Source: a virus. From it: a stretch of 48,561 nucleotides of DNA. Under the pieces are notes generated by a model. That model saw only the letters and a program-made list of their open reading frames with translations. It searched no databases and was not told the DNA's origin. Position 1 is the first letter of the stretch; each line of letters begins with the position of its first letter. Positions 44,534-48,561 of the stretch are shown here, one piece after another. The translations under genes were made by a program, and so were the position numbers. The stretch covers positions 1 to 48,561 of IMG/VR virus record IMGVR_UViG_3300038365_000082. One strand, given 5' to 3'.

Positions 44534-45093
44534 GCCGCCGGGGTCTTCGGGGCCTGCATATCGACGATCTCAAAGAGCTGTTCGCCCTCAGTCTTCGTGA
44601 GGTCCTGCACGCCGGTGAACTCAAGGGGGATCGCGGCGGCGGCGAGATCGGTGTCCGCGCTGAACGCCTGTTCGAGCCCCTTCGTCACCTGCGCCTTATA
44701 GACCGTCACCTGATAGGTCTTCCCGGCGGCGTTGGTATTCGTCAGCCGCACGGAGACGTACCCGATATCCGTTTTTCCGCCGGTTTTGAACGTATCCGAT
44801 CCAGCAGCGCTCGTAACCGTGTCGAGTGCCCCCCGGAGCGCTGCGAGCCCTGCTAGCGTCGGTTCTATCCACTCGCAGGTGACGACGACGGTTTGGTCCT
44901 TGACCTTGCGGATCGGCGGGGTGTTGTCGGGCGCGATGGTCGCGATCTCGATCTGTTCCGCGAGTTTCACGTTCCGCGCCGCCCCGATCTCCGTGTAGAC
45001 CGGCGTGGTCTCGTCGTACGGCGCTACCTCTATCTTGCACGATCCGAGCCGGATCGCGTCCTCGTTTATGATTTCCGTCTGGAATTTTGCCAT
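44530..45093 (-). CDS. Major tail protein, virus B
   Basis: 187 aa; LGSCKIEVA...IG...Y.A...G...F...PLEF.G pattern; synteny. Confidence 0.8.
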   Translation of the reverse strand: MAKFQTEIINEDAIRLGSCKIEVAPYDETTPVYTEIGAARNVKLAEQIEIATIAPDNTPPIRKVKDQTVVVTCEWIEPTLAGLAALRGALDTVTSAAGSDTFKTGGKTDIGYVSVRLTNTNAAGKTYQVTVYKAQVTKGLEQAFSADTDLAAAAIPLEFTGVQDLTKTEGEQLFEIVDMQAPKTPAA

Positions 45094-45095
45094 GT

Positions 45096-45476
45096 TTATA
45101 CCTCTAGATACGTAACGAGCATATCAACCGGAATCCAGTAGATCCCGATCTGCTCGTCGTGGTCGTCATGCTGTCCGAGATAGCGGACCTGTTCGATTCG
45201 TGCACCGTCCCGGACGCCTCGGTAGCCGTGCAGAGCGCACCGCACCGCGTCAGCGAGGTCGGCGACGGCGCGCCAGGAACCCGCCATGCAGGTATACTGC
45301 ATCCGGGCCTGGACGATCCCTGTTTTGGCGTCCTGCACCCGGCTCACCATCTGGTAGGTGATCGCCGGGAACGTCGGTTCCCGGGGAAGGTGCATCTGAT
45401 AGGCGCGGGCGCCGATGATCTCGGCGACACCAGGGTCGGTGACGAGGATAGATCGGAGGACAGACTCAATCTGCAC
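45096..45476 (-). CDS. Tail terminator (DUF3168/gp17-like)
   Basis: R.YQ..LP....PAITY...Q..C.A......LA..VR.AL motif. Confidence 0.85.
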   Translation of the reverse strand: MQIESVLRSILVTDPGVAEIIGARAYQMHLPREPTFPAITYQMVSRVQDAKTGIVQARMQYTCMAGSWRAVADLADAVRCALHGYRGVRDGARIEQVRYLGQHDDHDEQIGIYWIPVDMLVTYLEV

Positions 45477-45903
45477 GAGCCACCCTCCGTGCTATGATGT
45501 CCGCGACCGCGCCCCGGAACTCCTGGAGCGCGGGTTTTTTGTTCTCATCAAGCGCCGGTCGGAGGTGCGGCCGGGGCGCCTGGTTGTAGATGCGGCCGAG
45601 TTTGTCCGCGCCGACGAACCCGAACTCCAGCCGATGGCCCTGTGGCTGATCGTTCCCGACGATGACAGTGCACCGCTCAGGGGTTTTCTCGACGGTTTCC
45701 ATGTGGAATCCCCGGCGGTAGGTGCCGGTCTTGTAAGGGGTGCGGCCGCCCTCCGGGATAGTGATCCGCACCTGGTTGAGTACCGGCAGCGCCGCTGCCC
45801 GGGTCGCGGCCTCCAGAGCAGGGCCTTTGATGTCCTCGGCGAGCGCGACGAAGGCCTTCGCAAGATCCTCGCCGCCTTTGACGACGATCGCCGGGTCAGT
45901 CAC
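45466..45903 (-). CDS. HK97 gp10-family neck protein
   Basis: P.KTG.YRR...LEFG...PRP.LRPALDE motif. Confidence 0.88.
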   Translation of the reverse strand: MTDPAIVVKGGEDLAKAFVALAEDIKGPALEAATRAAALPVLNQVRITIPEGGRTPYKTGTYRRGFHMETVEKTPERCTVIVGNDQPQGHRLEFGFVGADKLGRIYNQAPRPHLRPALDENKKPALQEFRGAVADIIARRVARAD

Positions 45904-46133
45904 CGCAACCATCCCCCGGATACAAGCGCGGTGAAGAACGCGACGACCGCGGAGATGGCCACGGCGATCACGCCGTCCCGCCCGGTCTGCTTATCCTGCC
46001 GCGCCTTGATCTCGGCGATGCGTTCATCCTGCGCCTGGTTAGCTTCCTTGATCTCCTTGAGCGTGTCCTTGATCCACCGGACGTCCTGCCGGGTCTCGTA
46101 GATCATCGCCTGGAGAGTGGTATCGTCGGTCAC
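45900..46133 (-). CDS. Small coiled-coil plus single-TM protein (holin-like)
   Basis: GRDGVIA+TM segment, similar to 7866..8072. Confidence 0.7.
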   Translation of the reverse strand: MTDDTTLQAMIYETRQDVRWIKDTLKEIKEANQAQDERIAEIKARQDKQTGRDGVIAVAISAVVAFFTALVSGGWLR

Positions 46134-46483
46134 CGCACCACCTCGCAGGAGAGCACGGTCATCGTGTCAAGCGTGTGCTCGGCGAGCAGGATGTTGTAGG
46201 TTGTGCCGCCGACGATCGCCTGGTCGGACTCGACGATATCGGGGTAGTGCCCCTGCAGGGCGATCGCTGTGGTCGCGACGACGTAGGTCTGGTTCGGCCC
46301 CCGGATCTCCTTGCCCTTAAGCGACGTGACGTTACACGGCACAGCCGCGTGCCGGTCTTTCCAGGTGGTTACAACCTGCCCGTCGGCATCGACAGTCTCC
46401 GTCAGGTATTGCACCTGGCAGAGGCTCGGGAAATGGCTCTGTAATGCCCCCATGAGCCGGGGGTCGACGAAGGCGGGTCTCAT
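46130..46483 (-). CDS. Head closure protein
   Basis: ETVDADGQVVTTW...YNIL pattern; synteny. Confidence 0.75.
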   Translation of the reverse strand: MRPAFVDPRLMGALQSHFPSLCQVQYLTETVDADGQVVTTWKDRHAAVPCNVTSLKGKEIRGPNQTYVVATTAIALQGHYPDIVESDQAIVGGTTYNILLAEHTLDTMTVLSCEVVR

Positions 46484-46839
46484 AGACCCCTCCGGAGGTC
46501 GGCCGAGAACGGCGTCCACGGTCCCGGGATGATCTCGATGAGATCCTCGTCGTCAGTCGCTGCCTGAGCACGGAGGCTCTCCGCCTGTTGATGTAATGCG
46601 TTGGCTACCGCTTGCCCGTTCGTCTTGAGGCCGTTGACCTCGATGTACTTGAGGATCAGGACCTGCGAGGCGGCGATCTGGTCGAGCGCCATCGCGGCTG
46701 CGAGCCGGACATCCTGCTCGTTGAGCGAGAGGAAAACGCCGATCTCTTCGTCGGTGAAGATCTCGTAGTCAGGATCGCGGTCGGTGCAGAGCAGCCGCAC
46801 GGTACCGGTCGGGGTGCCGGGATCGTACGTGAATGTCAT
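46480..46839 (-). CDS. Head-tail adaptor
   Basis: MTFTYDP...VRLL..D......FTDEEI..FL motif. Confidence 0.8.
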   Translation of the reverse strand: MTFTYDPGTPTGTVRLLCTDRDPDYEIFTDEEIGVFLSLNEQDVRLAAAMALDQIAASQVLILKYIEVNGLKTNGQAVANALHQQAESLRAQAATDDEDLIEIIPGPWTPFSADLRRGL

Positions 46840-46997
46840 TCCTTCGGCTCCTTCAGGCGGCGGGGCCGGGGCTTGCCCTCGCCCCGGATCTCAGTGCGGA
46901 TTGCTCGCAGTTCGTTGATGATCTCCTTCTGTCCGTCGATGGCGTCACAGAGGAGTTTATCTGTTACAGTGACCGGAGTCGGCGGGATTTTACCCAT
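46836..46997 (-). CDS. 53-aa hypothetical protein, not in ORF track
   Basis: MGKIPPTPVTVTDKLLCDAIDGQKEIINELRAIRTEIRGEG...; GAGGTGA upstream; ATGA overlap at its stop. Confidence 0.6.
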   Translation of the reverse strand: MGKIPPTPVTVTDKLLCDAIDGQKEIINELRAIRTEIRGEGKPRPRRLKEPKE

Positions 46998-47023
46998 ATC
47001 ACCTCACCTCCGGGAGGGGGGGA

Positions 47024-48208
47024 TTACGTCCCCGAGCCTGCACCGGTGCTGCCGACCGTGAACCGATAGTCCCCCTGCCGACCGCCGAACACCGCCCTGA
47101 CCTTGAACTGGATCGAGTCCGTGTCGAAATCACCATCGTAGGCAGTCGCAGCGGTCCCGGAGAGACCGATCGCGTTCGGGCTCTTCATGAAGATCGCCGG
47201 GGCCTCGTGCCCGCGAAGGTGCGCCACCTCGACCGCCCCGCGACCCTCGGCCGGATCGGCGAACAGATACCACTGTGTGTGGGCGTTTGCAGTCTTGGCG
47301 AGGATCGGCGCATAGGGAAGGACGGCCTTCTTGAGCCCGCCAGCCTTGATCCAGTTTGTCGTCTCGATCTCCTGCTCACTGGTCCCGCCGCCACTTGTCC
47401 GGGCCTTGATGATGAGCGCGTTGATGATGTTGTCAGCGGTCACCTCCAGCGCCGGCGGCACGGCGAGGACTGTGGGGCGATTGAGGATCGGTTCTCCGCC
47501 GGCATCGGTCATCTCGCTCATCGCCTGGAAACCCTCCTGCACGGCCACCACGGAGAGCGGGGAGGTGAGCAGGTTGCCCTGTGCCTCTGAGTAGAGTGTC
47601 GAGTCGGGGCCGCTCGCGCCTACGATCAAGCTGGTGGCGAACTTCTCCTCAGTCCGCGCGGCAGCCAGGCCGAACCGCTTCGGGATGTCGGCAAACGCGC
47701 CCATTGCGTCGTTCCGGATCATCTCCCAGGTGAGCGGGATGCGGGTTCCGTACTTCTTGACCCGGAAGGACTTCTTCGCCTCTGCGAGCGTGGTCGCGGG
47801 ATACTCGTTCTGTACCCCGACCTCAGGGAGTGTGCCGTCCCCGCCGGTGACCTCGTAGCGCTCGGCGTCGCGGAAGTCGTTAACCTGCCCGACCATCGCC
47901 CATGCTGGGTATGAGACCGGCCACGCCTTGTAGGAGCCGACCATCGTCTGGTTGAGCGCGACGCCCATCAGGAGCGGGAAGTCGCTTGCGCCCATCGCCT
48001 CACGGAGACGGTTCGCGCCGACATCTCCGATCTGGACGGCCTCGATTAGGTCAAGGGTTCGGATCACGCGCTGGTTGAACGCGACCCGATCGGCCTCACT
48101 CATTCGGCTGTAGATCTGCGAGACGGAGACGCCCGCTTCGCCGAAGAAGTTCTTGATCGATGCGTTTTCCTTGGTGATGTCCCCCATCACGTCGTCAACT
48201 GTTGCCAT
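47024..48208 (-). CDS. Major capsid protein, Mu gpT-like family, virus B
   Basis: SDFPLL...V.DFR...LPEV....EY...KYG..I.LT.EMI.NDA.GAF...G.AAARTE motif. Confidence 0.88.
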   Translation of the reverse strand: MATVDDVMGDITKENASIKNFFGEAGVSVSQIYSRMSEADRVAFNQRVIRTLDLIEAVQIGDVGANRLREAMGASDFPLLMGVALNQTMVGSYKAWPVSYPAWAMVGQVNDFRDAERYEVTGGDGTLPEVGVQNEYPATTLAEAKKSFRVKKYGTRIPLTWEMIRNDAMGAFADIPKRFGLAAARTEEKFATSLIVGASGPDSTLYSEAQGNLLTSPLSVVAVQEGFQAMSEMTDAGGEPILNRPTVLAVPPALEVTADNIINALIIKARTSGGGTSEQEIETTNWIKAGGLKKAVLPYAPILAKTANAHTQWYLFADPAEGRGAVEVAHLRGHEAPAIFMKSPNAIGLSGTAATAYDGDFDTDSIQFKVRAVFGGRQGDYRFTVGSTGAGSGT

Positions 48209-48210
48209 GT

Positions 48211-48561
48211 TCAGATGCCTCCCTTGAGGGCGACCGGAATCTCTGCGACGACCGCATCGGTCGCGCCACTGGCGATTGCTCCGAGGGCAACCCCATACTC
48301 CGCGCCCGCGGTTGCGTTGGCGTCGATGATCGCCGGGGCGGTGTAATACACCTTGTCACCGATCCCGATCGCCTTATTACTCGTCCCGTCGTGCCCGGTG
48401 ACGGAGAGCTTATAGACCCCCTTCACCCGGACAGGGGCGTTGCCTGCCGCGTCGCGATTCTCCAGTGCCACGCCAGCGATGGTACCGACGACAACCGGAT
48501 CCCCGCTCTTGGTCCCTGCCGGGACGGGGAGCGGGAGCGTGTCACCGGGGTAATAGACTTC
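48211..48561 (-). CDS. DUF2190-like capsid cement / decoration protein (5'-partial)
   Basis: Frame is open to the window end: ...PAGTKSGDPVVVGTIAGVA...GVYKL...IGIGDKVYY. Confidence 0.85.
   Translation of the reverse strand, partial: EVYYPGDTLPLPVPAGTKSGDPVVVGTIAGVALENRDAAGNAPVRVKGVYKLSVTGHDGTSNKAIGIGDKVYYTAPAIIDANATAGAEYGVALGAIASGATDAVVAEIPVALKGGI

Noticed and set aside
1-48561. Integrase, tRNA/att site, rRNA or IS elements
   Set aside because: No tyrosine/serine recombinase or transposase motifs and no tRNA cloverleaf were recognised by eye; tRNAscan-SE and HMM searches would be needed to exclude them.

Overview
GC-rich window made up of two unrelated tailed-virus (Caudoviricetes, siphovirus-like) gene sets lying head-to-tail. 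The host is probably archaeal, likely a methanogen; this is inferred from TATA-like promoters, GGAGG/GGTGA ribosome-binding sites, a DUF2080-like domain and the absence of an endolysin. Virus A (1-34325) looks like a complete unit bounded by a >=77-bp exact direct repeat. It has tail, neck, HK97-type capsid and protease genes, a repeat-flanked head/tail-fibre cassette, an intein-containing portal-MuF-HTH fusion, terminase, an HNH-containing D5-like helicase, an Hjc-like nuclease, Bet/RecT, an RHH regulator and a divergent early operon, but no integrase. Virus B (34403 to the window end) contributes a second tail and head module with a TP901-type tape measure and Mu gpT-like capsid. The main signal is in the early promoter of virus A: two solitary CRISPR repeats of different subtypes (I-C-like then I-E-like), 20-23 nt apart, a candidate dual-subtype RNA anti-CRISPR or hybrid mini-array upstream of small unknown genes. 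Other signals are a 107-bp duplicated portal 3' end flanking a swappable fibre cassette, two C-type-lectin adhesins with DGR-type variable regions but no RT or template repeat, and putative programmed frameshifts in both tail-chaperone genes. All product calls come from motif recognition by eye; no database searches were run.
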